A stretch of 64,000 nucleotides of DNA from Balanoglossus misakiensis (Eukaryota > Animalia > Hemichordata): the NCBI GenBank assembly GCA_040954595.2, contig CM082590.2, positions 3,472,001 through 3,536,000 of the forward strand, written 5' to 3'. Positions 15,255 to 25,883 of this stretch are shown piece by piece (position 1 is the stretch's first letter; each line of letters starts with the position of its first letter). The notes under the pieces were generated by a model, which had not been told where the DNA came from, ran no database searches, and saw only the letters and a program-made list of their open reading frames with translations. The position numbers and the translations under genes are program-made.

Positions 15255-16420
15255 ATATAGCTGCAAGCAGCGATGACGGGCCCAAGCTTAAGCCGAAGGT
15301 CAAAGGTCATAAGTGGTCACCCAAAATTTGGGCAAGAAATTTTGACCCCATACTGGTCCGTGTCCCACAAGAACAAAATCTCTAGCCCTATTGGTTCGCC
15401 TACAATTAGGTATGTGCATAATTAATGAGGTAAAGTGTAAGGCTCCATCAGGAGTTCCATCCCTCCAAATGCCAAGGCTGTAGCTGCTGTGCATGCCGAG
15501 ATATGGTAAAGTAGGTCAAAGGTCACCTGAGGTCACCCAAAATTTGGGCAAGAAATTTTGACCCCATACTGGTTCATGTTCAGCAATAACCAAACCTCTA
15601 GTCCTATTGGTTGGCCTGGAATTAGGTATGCACATAATTAATGAGATAAGCAGGTGTCACAGGTGACCCTCAATTTTGGCTTTTAAATTTTAGTCCCAAC
15701 CCTCCAAACGCCAAGTCTGTACCTGCTCTGGATGCCGAGATATAGGAAAGTAGGTCAAAGGTCACCTGAGGTCACCCAAAATTTGGGCAATTTTTTTTTA
15801 CCCTTTACTGGTCCATGTCCCACAAGCACAAAACCTCTAGCCCTATTAGTTAGCCCAGAATTAGGTATGCACATAATTAATGAGTTAAGCAGGTGTTACA
15901 GGTGAGCCCAAAATTTTGCCTTTTATTTTGGTCCCATTCTGCTCACGGGGCAATAGAGAGTCACAGTACAGGACCATTGCACAGATGTGGACATAGCATC
16001 ATAGCTTAACTATAGAAAGTATAGGCCTATGGCTGGGTCCAAAAAATATGAAATATAATATTTAAAAATCTTCTTCTCAAAATTGACTTGGCCCAGAGCC
16101 TTGAAATTTAGCATGTAGGACACTGACCATATGGTCCGCAAAATGATTGCACAGAATTTTGATATCATCATTCATATGCAAATTAGGCCCATTTGAAAAC
16201 TTTGCCCATATATGGTCATCAGGTCATGTGACTAATTACACATTCACGAGGGTACTGCACGAGCTCTCATAGACCTGCACCATTGTGCCAAGTTTGAGAT
16301 TTGTAGGTTCAGCCGTTTTCAAGATCTACCTGAGCAAAAAAACTACACAAGAAAAAAAAAAAAAAGATGAAAAACCCCAGTAATACCAATAGGGCACAAG
16401 CCTGCTTGGCTTGTGCCCTA
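15255..16420 (-). mobile_element. Divergent subfamily copy of the HINE-like element with its own divergent end
   Basis: Starts ATATAGCTGCAAGCAGCGATGACGGGCCCAAGC, has a distinct second half, and is followed directly by the variant hairpin GGGCACAAGC...GCTTGTGCCC at 16392. Confidence 0.8.
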
Positions 16421-16698
16421 AAAAACCCCAACGAAACCAATAGGGCCCAAGCGCTGGCTTGCGCTTGGGCCCTAAAGAAAGAAAAACCCCAACGAAACCA
16501 ATAGGGCCCAAGCGCTGGTATGCGCTTGGGCCCTAAAAACCCCAACGAAACCAATAGGGCCCAAGCGCTGGTATGCGCTTGGGCCCTAAAGAAAAACCCC
16601 AACGAAACCAATAGGGCCCAAGCGCTGGTATGCGCTTGGGCCCTAAAAAACCCCAACGAAACCAATACGGGCCCAAGCCTGGCTTGGCTTGGGCCCGT
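16370..16698. repeat. Cluster of 6 terminal hairpin modules
   Basis: Hairpins at 16392, 16443, 16504, 16557, 16614 and 16669. Confidence 0.95.
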
Positions 16699-19600
16699 AA
16701 TTAAAGCTGCAAGCAGCATTGTCCGGGCCCAAGCTCTATTATCTGATCTGATGCTGATATAGTGTTAAGTAGGTCAAAGGTCACCTGAGGTCACCCAACA
16801 TTTGGGCAAAATATTTTGACCTCATACTGGTCCATGTATAACAAAAACAAAACCTCTAGGTCTATTGGTTCATCTGTAATTAGGTATGTGCATATTTAAT
16901 GAGGTCAGCAGAGGTCAAAGGGGTCATGAAAAGTAGCGAAATTTTTTGATCACATACAAATCCACATACATCAAAAACCAAAACGATAGCCTTAAAGGTT
17001 AGCCTGGAATTAGATATGCAGAAAAATGATGCGTCAAAAGTAGGTCAAAGGTCATTGCCAAAATTACCAAAATATTTATAGCTTATTCTTGGCATATGAT
17101 GATTCATATCCATAAAAAGAATTTCTGTGCTATCAATTTTTAGGCTAGAAAGGTAATTTTTACTTTTTAATCGTTTTTCACAAAATCCAATATAGCCGCC
17201 ATAATCTTTGACCAATCACATTCCCCTTCGCAAACTTGTTAGACATCTGTTTAATAACCACACACACCAAATCTTGTGACTCGGTTATCGCCGGTTCTTG
17301 AGAAGAAGATTTTTGATATTTTACTAGGGTTTTTCGAAAATCCAATATGGCCGCCGTAATCTTCGAACAATCACAATGATCTTCGCAAACTTGATAGACA
17401 TCAGTTAGGTGACCACATACCAAAAACCCCGTGTCTCGGTTATCACCGGTTCTGGAGAAGAAGATTTTTGAAATTTAAGCCAGATTTTAGGAAAAAAATT
17501 CTAGCAAAAAAACTGCAACATTGACAGCAAAATTTCCAATTACAAAAATGATGGGTAGTAGGTAGTCTACCTGCACGCCAAATTTGAAGTCGATCTGACT
17601 TGTAGTTTCTGAGATCTGAGATTTGCATTTTTTCAGAAAATCCAATATGGCCACCAGGTCACGTGACTAATTAAAAATTCATGGGTTCAATGCACGACTA
17701 CTCATTGACCTTGACCACTGTAGCAAGTTTGAAAACTGTACCTGCAGTGGTGTCTGAGATCTAGAGCGACAAAGAATTGACATAAGAATAAAGAAAGAAT
17801 TAAAGCTGCAAGCAGCATTGTCCGGGCCCAAGCTCTATTATCTGATCTGATGCTGATATAGTGTTAAGTAGATCAAAGGTCACCCGAGGTCACCCAACAT
17901 TTAGGCAAAATATTTTGACCCCATACTGGTCCATGTATAACAAAAACAAAACCTCTAGGTCTACTGGTTCATCATTAATTAGGTATGTGCATATTTAATG
18001 AGGTCAGCAGGGGTCAAAGGGGTCACAAAAAGTAGCAAAATATTTTGATCACACACTAATCCACATACATCAAAAACCAAACTTATAGCCCTATTGGTTA
18101 GCCTGGAATTAGATATGCAGAAAAATGATGTGTCAAAAGTAGGTCAAAGGTCATTGCCAAAATTACCAAAATATTTATAGCATATTCTTGTCATATGATG
18201 ATTCATATCCATAAAAAGAATTTCTGTGCTATCAATTTTTAGGCTAGAAAGGGAATTTTTACTTTTTAATCGTTTTTCACAAAATCCAATATGGCCGCCA
18301 TAATCTTCGACCAATCACATTCCTCTTCGCAAACTTGATAGATATCTGTTTAATGACCACACACACCAAATCTTGTGACTCGGTTATCGCCGGTTCTTGA
18401 GAAGAAGATTTTTGAAATTTTACTAAGGTTTTACGAAAATCCAATATGGCCGCCATAATCTTCGACCAATCACAAAGATCTTCGCAAACTTGATAGACAT
18501 CAGATAGGTGACTACATACCCCAAACCCCGTGTCTCGGTTATCACCAGTTCTAGAGAAGAAGATTTTTGAAATTTAAGCCGGATTTCAGAAAAAAAATTG
18601 TAGCAAAAAAACTGCAACATTGACAGCAAAATATCCAATTACAAAAATGATGGGTAGAAGGTAGACTACCTGCACACCAAATTTGAAGTCGATCTGACTT
18701 GTAGTTTCTGAGATCTAAGATTTGCATTTTTTCAGAAAATCCAATATGGCCGCCAGGTCACGTGACCAATTAAAAATTCAAGGGTTCAATGCACATCTAC
18801 TCATTGACCTTGACCACTGTAGCAAGTTTCAGAAGTGTACCTGCAGCGGTGTCTGAGATCTAGAGCGACAAAGAATTGACACAAGAAAAAAGAAAGAAAG
18901 AAAGAAAGAAAGACAGAATTAAAGCTGCAAGCAGCATTGTCCGGGCCCAAGCTCTATTATCTGATCTGATGCTGATATAGTGTTAAGTAGGTCAAAGGTC
19001 ACCCGAGGTCACCAAACATTTGGGCAAAATATTTTGACCCCATACTTGTCCATGTATAACAAAAACAAAACCTCTAGGTCTATTGGTTCATCTGTAATTA
19101 GGTATGTGCATATTTAATGAGGTCAGCAGAGGTCAAAGGGGTCATGAAAAGTAGCAAAATTTTTTGATCGCATACGAATCCACATACATCAAAAACCGAA
19201 ATGATAGCCTTAAAGGTTAGCCTGGAATTATATATGCAGAAAAATGATGCGTCAAAAGTAGGTCAAAGGTCATTGCCAAAATTACCAAAATATTTATAGC
19301 TTATTCTTGGCATATGATGATTCATATCCATAAAAAGAATTTCTGTGCTATCAATTTTTAGGCTAGAAAGGGAATTTTTACTTTTTAATCGTTTTTCACA
19401 AAATCCAATATGGCCGCCAAAATCTTCGACCAATCACAATGATCTTAGCAAACTTGATAGACATCAGTGTAGTGACCATACTCCCCAAATCTTGTGACTT
19501 GGTTATCGCTGGTTCTTGAGAAGAAGATTTTTGAAATTTTACTAGGGTTTTTCGAAAATCCAATATGGCCGCCATAATCTTCGACCAATCACAATGATCT

Positions 19601-20045
19601 TCGCAAACTTGATAGACATCTGTTAGGTGACCACATACCCCAAACGGCGTGACTCGGTTATCGCCGGTTCTGGAGAAGAAGATTTTTGAAATTTAAGCCA
19701 GATTTCAGAAAAAAAATTGTAGCAAAAAAACTGCAACATTGTCAGCATAATTTCCAATTACAAAAATGATAGGCTGAAGGTAGTCTACCAGCATGCCAAA
19801 TTTGAAGTTGATCTGACTTGTAGTTTCTGAGATCTGAGATTTGCTTTTTTTTAGAAAATCCAAGATGGCCGCCAGGTCACGTGACTAATTAAAAATTCAC
19901 AGGTTCAATGCACGACTACTCATTGACCTTGACCACTGTAGCAAGTTTCAGAAGTGTACCTGCAGCGGTGTCTGAGATCTAGAGCGACAAAGAATTGACA
20001 CAAGAATAAAGAAAGAAAGAAGAAAGAAGAAAGAAGGAAAGACAG

Positions 20046-20151
20046 AAAAACCCCAACGAAACCAATAGGGCCCAAGCGCTGGTATGCGCTTGGGCCCTAA
20101 AAACCCCAACGAAACCAATAGGGCCCAAGCGCTGGCTTGCGCTTGGGCCCT
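20046..20151. repeat. Cluster of 2 terminal hairpin modules
   Basis: Hairpins at 20068 and 20121. Confidence 0.95.
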
Positions 20152-23100
20152 AATTAAAGCTGCAAGCAGCATTGTCCGGGCCCAAGCTCTATTATCTGAT
20201 CTGATTATTAGATATGCACATAATTAATGAGTAGAAACATAATGCAGTGTTTTATCCCATGAAATATCAAGGTTATATCTATGTTTGGTGCTGATATAGT
20301 GTTAAGTAGGTCAAAGGTCACCCAGGGGTCACCCACAATTTGGGCAGAATATTTTGACCCATAGTGGTCAATGTCCAACAAAAACCAGACCTCTAGCCCT
20401 TTTGGTTAACCCGGAATTAGGTATGCACATAAATAATGCGTAAAGCAGGTGTCACAGGTGACCCCACAACTTTGGCTTTTCATTATGGCCCAATACCTCC
20501 AAACGCCAAGGTTGTACCTGCTTTGGATGCTGAGATATGCAAAAGTAGGTCAAAGGTCACCTGAGGTCACCCAACATTTGGGCAAAATATTTTGACCCCA
20601 TACTGGTCCATGTATAACAAAAACAAAACCTCTAGGTCTATTGGTTCATCTGTAATTAGGTATGTACATATTTAATGAGGTCAGCAGAGGTCAAAGGGGT
20701 CATGAAAAGTAGCAAAATTTTTGGATCACATACAAATCGACATACATCAAAAACCAAACTTATAGCCCTATTGGTTAGCCTGGAATTAGATATGCAGAAA
20801 AATCATGCATCAAAAGTAGGTCAAAGGTCATTGCCAAAATTACCAAAATATTTATAGCTTATTCTTGTCATATGATGATTCATATCCATAAAAAGAATTT
20901 CTGTGCTATCAATTTTTAGGCTAGAAAGGGAATTTTTACTTTTTAATCGTTTTTCACAAAATCCAATATGGCCGCCATAATCTTCGACCAATCACATTCC
21001 TCTTCGCAAACTTGATAGACATCTGTTTAGTGACCACACACACCAAATCTTGTGACTCGGTTATCGCCGGTTCTTGAGAAGAAGATTTTTGAAATTTTAC
21101 TAGGGTTTTTCGAAAATCCAATATTGCCGCCATAATCTTCAACCAATCACAATGATCTTCGCAAACTTGATAGACATCAGTTAGGTGACCACATACCCCA
21201 AACCGCGTGACTCGGTTATCACCGGTTCTGGAGAAGAAGATTTTTGAAATTTAAGCCAGATTTCAGAAAAAAAATTGTAGCAAAAAAACTGCAACATTGA
21301 CAGCATAATTTCCAATTACAAAAATGATGGGTAGAAGGTAAACTACCTGCACACCAAATTTGAAGTCGATCTGACTTGTAGTTTCTGAGATCTGAGATTT
21401 GCATTTTTTCAGAATATCCAATATGGCCGCCAGGTCACGTGACTAATTAAAAATTCAAGGGTTCAATGCACGACTACTCATTGACCTTGACCACTGTAGC
21501 AAGTTTCAGAAGTGTACCTGCAGCGGTGTCTGAGATCTAGAGCGACAAAGAATTGACACAAGAATAAAGAAAGATTAAAGCTGCGAGCAGCATTGTCGGG
21601 CCCAAGCGCTGATCTTGAATTATATATGCACAGTATGAATGAGAAGAAACAGAATTGTTTATCGTATGTATTATCTCATGACATAATAAGGATGTGTGTG
21701 TTTTTGCTGCTGAAATAGGGTGAAGTAGGTCAAAGGTCACCTGAGGTCACCCAACATTTGGGCAATTTTTTTTTAACCCATACTGGTCCATGTCCAACAA
21801 AAAACAAAACTCTAGCTCTATTGGTTCGCCTGTAATTAGGTATGTGCATATTTAATGAGGTCAGCAGGTGTCACAGGTGACTCAAAAATGTGGCTTTACA
21901 TTTTGGTCCCATCCTACCAAATGCCATGGCTGTATCTGCTCTGGATGCTGAGATATGCGAAAGTAGGTCAAAGGTCACCAGAGGTCACGCAACATTTGGG
22001 CAAAAAATTCTGATCCCATACTGGTCTGTGTCCAACAAAAACCAAACCTCTAGCTCTATTGGTTCGCCTGTAATTAGATATGCACATAATTAATGAGGTC
22101 AGCAGAGGTCAAAGGGGTCATGAAAAGTAGCAAAATATTTTGATCACACACTAATCCACATTCATCAAAAACCAAACGTCTAGCCCTATAGGTTAGCCTG
22201 GAATTAGATATGCAGAAATAATAACGCGTGATAAGTAGGTCAAAGGTCATGTGAAAAATCGCCAAAAAATTGTAACATAGTTTAGTCACATGACGATTGA
22301 TATCCATCAAAAGAATTTGTATGCTATCAATTTTTAGACTAGAAAAAGGAATTTCAATTTTTCACTGCTTTTTACAAAATCCAATATGGCCGCCATAATC
22401 TTCGACCAATCACAATGTTCTTTGCAAACTTGATAGACATCAGTGTAGTGACCATACTCCCCGAATCTTGTGACTCAGTTATCGCCTGTTCTGGAGAAGA
22501 AGATTTTGGGAGTTTTACTATGGTTTTTCGGAAATCCAATATGGCCGCCATAATCTTCGACCAATCACAATGATCTTCGCAAACTTGATAGACCTCAGTT
22601 AGGTGACCCCATACCCCAAACCGCGTGACTCCGTTATCGCCGGTTCTGGAGAAGAAGATTTTTGAAATTTTGACCAGATTTCAGAAAAACAACTGTAGCA
22701 AAAAAACTGCAACATTGACAGCAAAATATCCAATTACAAAAATGATGGGCAGAAGGTACACTACCAGCACGCCAAATCTGAAGTAAATCTGACTTGTAGT
22801 TTCTGAGATCTGAGATTTGCATTTTTTCAGAAAATCCAATATGGCCGCCATGTCACGTGACTAATTAAAAATTCATGGGTTCAATGCACGACTACTCATT
22901 GACCTTGACCACTGTAGCAAGTTTGAGAACTGTACCTGCAGCGGTGTCTGAGATCTAGAGCGATAAAAAATGGACAGGAGAATAAAGAAAGAAAGAAAGA
23001 ATTAAAGCTGCAAGCAGCATTGTCCGGGCCCAAGCTCTATTATCTGATCTGATTATTAGATATGCACATAATTAATGAGTAGAAACATAATGCTGTGTTT

Positions 23101-24446
23101 TATCCCATGAAATATCAAGGTTATATCTATGTTTGGTGTTGATATAGTGTTAAGCAGGTCAAAGGTCACCCAGAGGTCACCCACAATTTGGGCAGAAAAT
23201 TTTGACCCATAGTGGTCCATGTCCAACAAAAACCAAAACTCTAGCTTTATTGGTTTGCGTGTAATTAGGTATGTGCATATTTAATGAGGTCAGCAGGTGT
23301 CACTGGTGTCCCAAAAATTTGGCTTTTCATTATGGCCCCATACCTCAAAACGCCAAGGCTGTATCTGCTTTGGATACCGAGAAATGCGAAAGTAGGTCAA
23401 AGGTCACCTGAGGTCACCCAAAATTTTGGGCAAATTATTTTGACCCAATACTGATCAATGTCCAAAAAAAGACCAAAACTCTAGGTCTATTGGTTCATCT
23501 GTAATTAGGTATGCGCATATTTAATGAGGTCAGCAGAGGTCAAAGGGGTCATGAAAAGTAGCAATATTTTTTGATCACATACAAATCCACATACAACAAA
23601 AACCAAACTTATAGCCCTATTGGTTAGCCTGGAATTAGATATGCAGAAAATTGATGCGTCAAAAGTAGGTCAAAGGTCATTGCCAAAATTACCAAAATAT
23701 TTATAGCTTATTCTTGTTATATGATGATTCATATCCATAAAAAGAATTTCTGTGCTATCAATTTTTAGGCTAGAAAGGGAATTTTTACTTTTTAATCGTT
23801 TTTCACAAAATCCAATATGGCCGCCATAATCTTCGACCAATCACATTCCTCTTCGCAAACTTGATAGACATCTGTTGAATGACCACACACACAAAATCTT
23901 GTGATTCGGTTAGCGCCGGTTCTCGAGAAGAAGATTTTTGAAATTTTACTAGGGTTTTTCGAAAATCCAATATGGCCGCCATAATCTTCGACCAATCACA
24001 ATGATCTTCGCAAACTTGATAGACATCAGTTAGGTGACCACATACCCCAAACCCCGTGTCTCGGTTATCACCGGTTCTGGAGAAGAAGATTTTTGAAATT
24101 TAAGCCAGATTTCAGAAAAAAAATTGTAGCAAAAAAACTGCAACTTTGTCAGCATAATTTCCAATTACAAAAATGATTGACAGAAGGTAGTCTACCTGCA
24201 CGCCAAATTTGAAGTCGATCTGACTTGTAGTTTCTGAGATCTGAGATTTGCATTTTTTCAGAAAATCCAATATGGCCGCCAGGTCACGTGACTAATTAAA
24301 AATTCATGGGTTCAATGCACGACTACTCATTGACCTTGACCACTGTAGCAAGTTTGAAAACTGTACCTGCAGTGGTGTCTGAGATCTAGAGCGACAAAGA
24401 ATTGACATAAGAATAAAGAAAGAAAGAAAGAAAGAAAGAAAGACTG

Positions 24447-25324
24447 AAAAATACCAACGAAACCAATAGGGCCCAAGCCTGGCTTGGCTTGGGCCCTAAA
24501 AAACCCCAACGAAACCAATAGGGCCCAAGCGCTTGCTTGCGCTTGGGCCCTAAAGAAAGAAAAACCCCAACGAAACCAATAGGGCCCAAGCGCTGGTATG
24601 CGCTTGGGCCCTAAAGAAAGAAAGACTGAAAAATACCAACGAAACCAATAGGGCCCAAGCCAAGCCAGGCTTGGGCCCTATTGGTTTCGTTGGTATTTTT
24701 CAGTCAAACCAGGCTTGGGCCCTAAAGAAGAAAGAAAAACCCAACGAAACCAATAGGGCCCAAGCGCTGGCTTGCGCTTGGGCCCTAAAGAAAAACCCCA
24801 ACGAAACCAATAGGGCCCAAGCGCTGGTATGCGCTTGGGCCCTAAAAAATTCCAACGAAACCAATACGGGCCCAAGCCTGGCTTGGCTTGGGCCCGTAAA
24901 AACCCCAACGAAACCAATAGGGCCCAAGCGCTGGCTTGCGCTTGGGCCCTAAGAAGGAAAGAAAGAAAGACTGAAAAACCCCAACGAAACCAATACGGGC
25001 CCAAGCCTGGCTTGGCCCAAGCGCTTGTTTGCGCTTGGGCCCTAAAAATTCCAATGAAACCAATAGGGCCCAAGCGCTTGCTTGCGCTTGGGCCCTAAAA
25101 AAACCCAACGAAACCAATAGGGCCCAAGCGCTTGCTTGCGCTTGGGCCCTAAAAAACCCCCAACGAAACCAATAGGGCCCAAGCGCTGGTATGCGCTTGG
25201 GCCCTAAAAAAACCCAACGAAACCAATACGGGCCCAAGCCTGGCTTGGCTTGGGCCCGTAATAATAATAAAGAAAAATTCCAACAATACCAATAGGGGCA
25301 CAAGCCCGATAGGCTTGTGCCCCT
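24447..25324. repeat. Terminal stack of ~14 hairpin modules closing the array
   Basis: Hairpins at 24469, 24521, 24582, 24651 (rearranged), 24756, 24813, 24868, 24920, 24997 (fused double), 25066, 25120, 25175, 25230 and 25295 (divergent, preceded by (AAT)n). Confidence 0.95.
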
Positions 25325-25547
25325 AGATACACACCACTTCGCAAAGCAATCTGACCAGTAGTTCTTGAGTTACTGAGTTTTGACCAAATTCACATTTTTC
25401 CAGCTAATTTGCATATTTTTTGCAATGACAACTTCGTTTGAACAAACTCCCATCTACAGCCCAGCCTGCATCTGCACACCAAATATTGAGGTGATACGCG
25501 CAGCGGTTTTCAAGTGTTTGATGTGGACATACATACACACACACACA

Positions 25548-25615
<68 letters not shown>

Positions 25616-25722
25616 TACATACATACATACATACATACATACATACATACATACATACATACATACATACATACGCAACCGATCCCATAAGGTCCCCTGG
25701 TACATACCAATGGGACCTAATA
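25325..25722. mobile_element. End of a second, older HINE/pearl-like family, with (CA)n(TACA)n microsatellite and terminal hairpin
   Basis: Microsatellite ~25528-25673, hairpin AGGTCCC...GGGACCT ~25690-25718; 25365-25530 is homologous to 63410-63550. Confidence 0.7.
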
Positions 25723-25784
25723 AGTACAGTGTCACCTTTTTGGCCATTGGGGCTATTGGTGAGTGAGCATGTAAAGCCACTTAC

Positions 25785-25883
25785 CCTATCCTTAGCATTG
25801 ACGTCAGCTCCATGGTCAATCAACACTTGTGCCGCTTCCAGTTTATTTTCGTCGGCCAATGCATGCAATGCTGTGGATTCAGA
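25785..25883 (-). CDS. Ankyrin-repeat gene, coding exon 3 (SESTALHALADENKLEAAQVLIDHGADVNAKDR)
   Basis: 99 bp, phase 0-0, cag acceptor and gtaagt donor; ankyrin consensus TALH...LI.HGADVNAKD. Confidence 0.9.

Larger units (their letters stand above)
1..25324 (-). mobile_element. Nested array of non-autonomous Helentron/HINE (DINE-1-like) elements; continues beyond the left window edge
   Basis: Bodies begin on + with ATTAAAGCTGCAAGCAGC (or a close variant) at 785, 2461, 3560, 5064, 6489, 7930, 9603, 10951, 12391, 13823, 15255, 16700, 17799, 18918, 20153, 21574 and 23001, and end in (GAAA)n. Read on the minus strand the order is: palindrome containing GGGCCCAAGC, (TTTC)n microsatellite, internal subrepeats, GCTTGGGCCC subterminal IR, short GCTGC-TT-GCAGC stem-loop, TTT. 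This matches the known HINE/DINE-1 layout. No transposase ORF. Confidence 0.8.

Noticed and set aside
96-25303. Many short recurring ORFs (MQISDLRNYK..., MLLAALI..., RAQAQASAWALL...)
   Set aside because: Translations of non-coding repeats, with stops and frameshifts that vary among copies and no domain signatures.
24447-25324. CRISPR-like array of palindromic repeats
   Set aside because: No unique spacers, no cas genes, eukaryotic context; the modules are element termini.
1-25324. Simple satellite or head-to-tail rolling-circle concatemer
   Set aside because: It would give one end per body in register; instead ends are missing from most junctions and stacked elsewhere.
25380-25868. ORFs with HTHT / VCVC / YVCM runs
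   Set aside because: Microsatellite translations; only 25785-25883 is a real exon.
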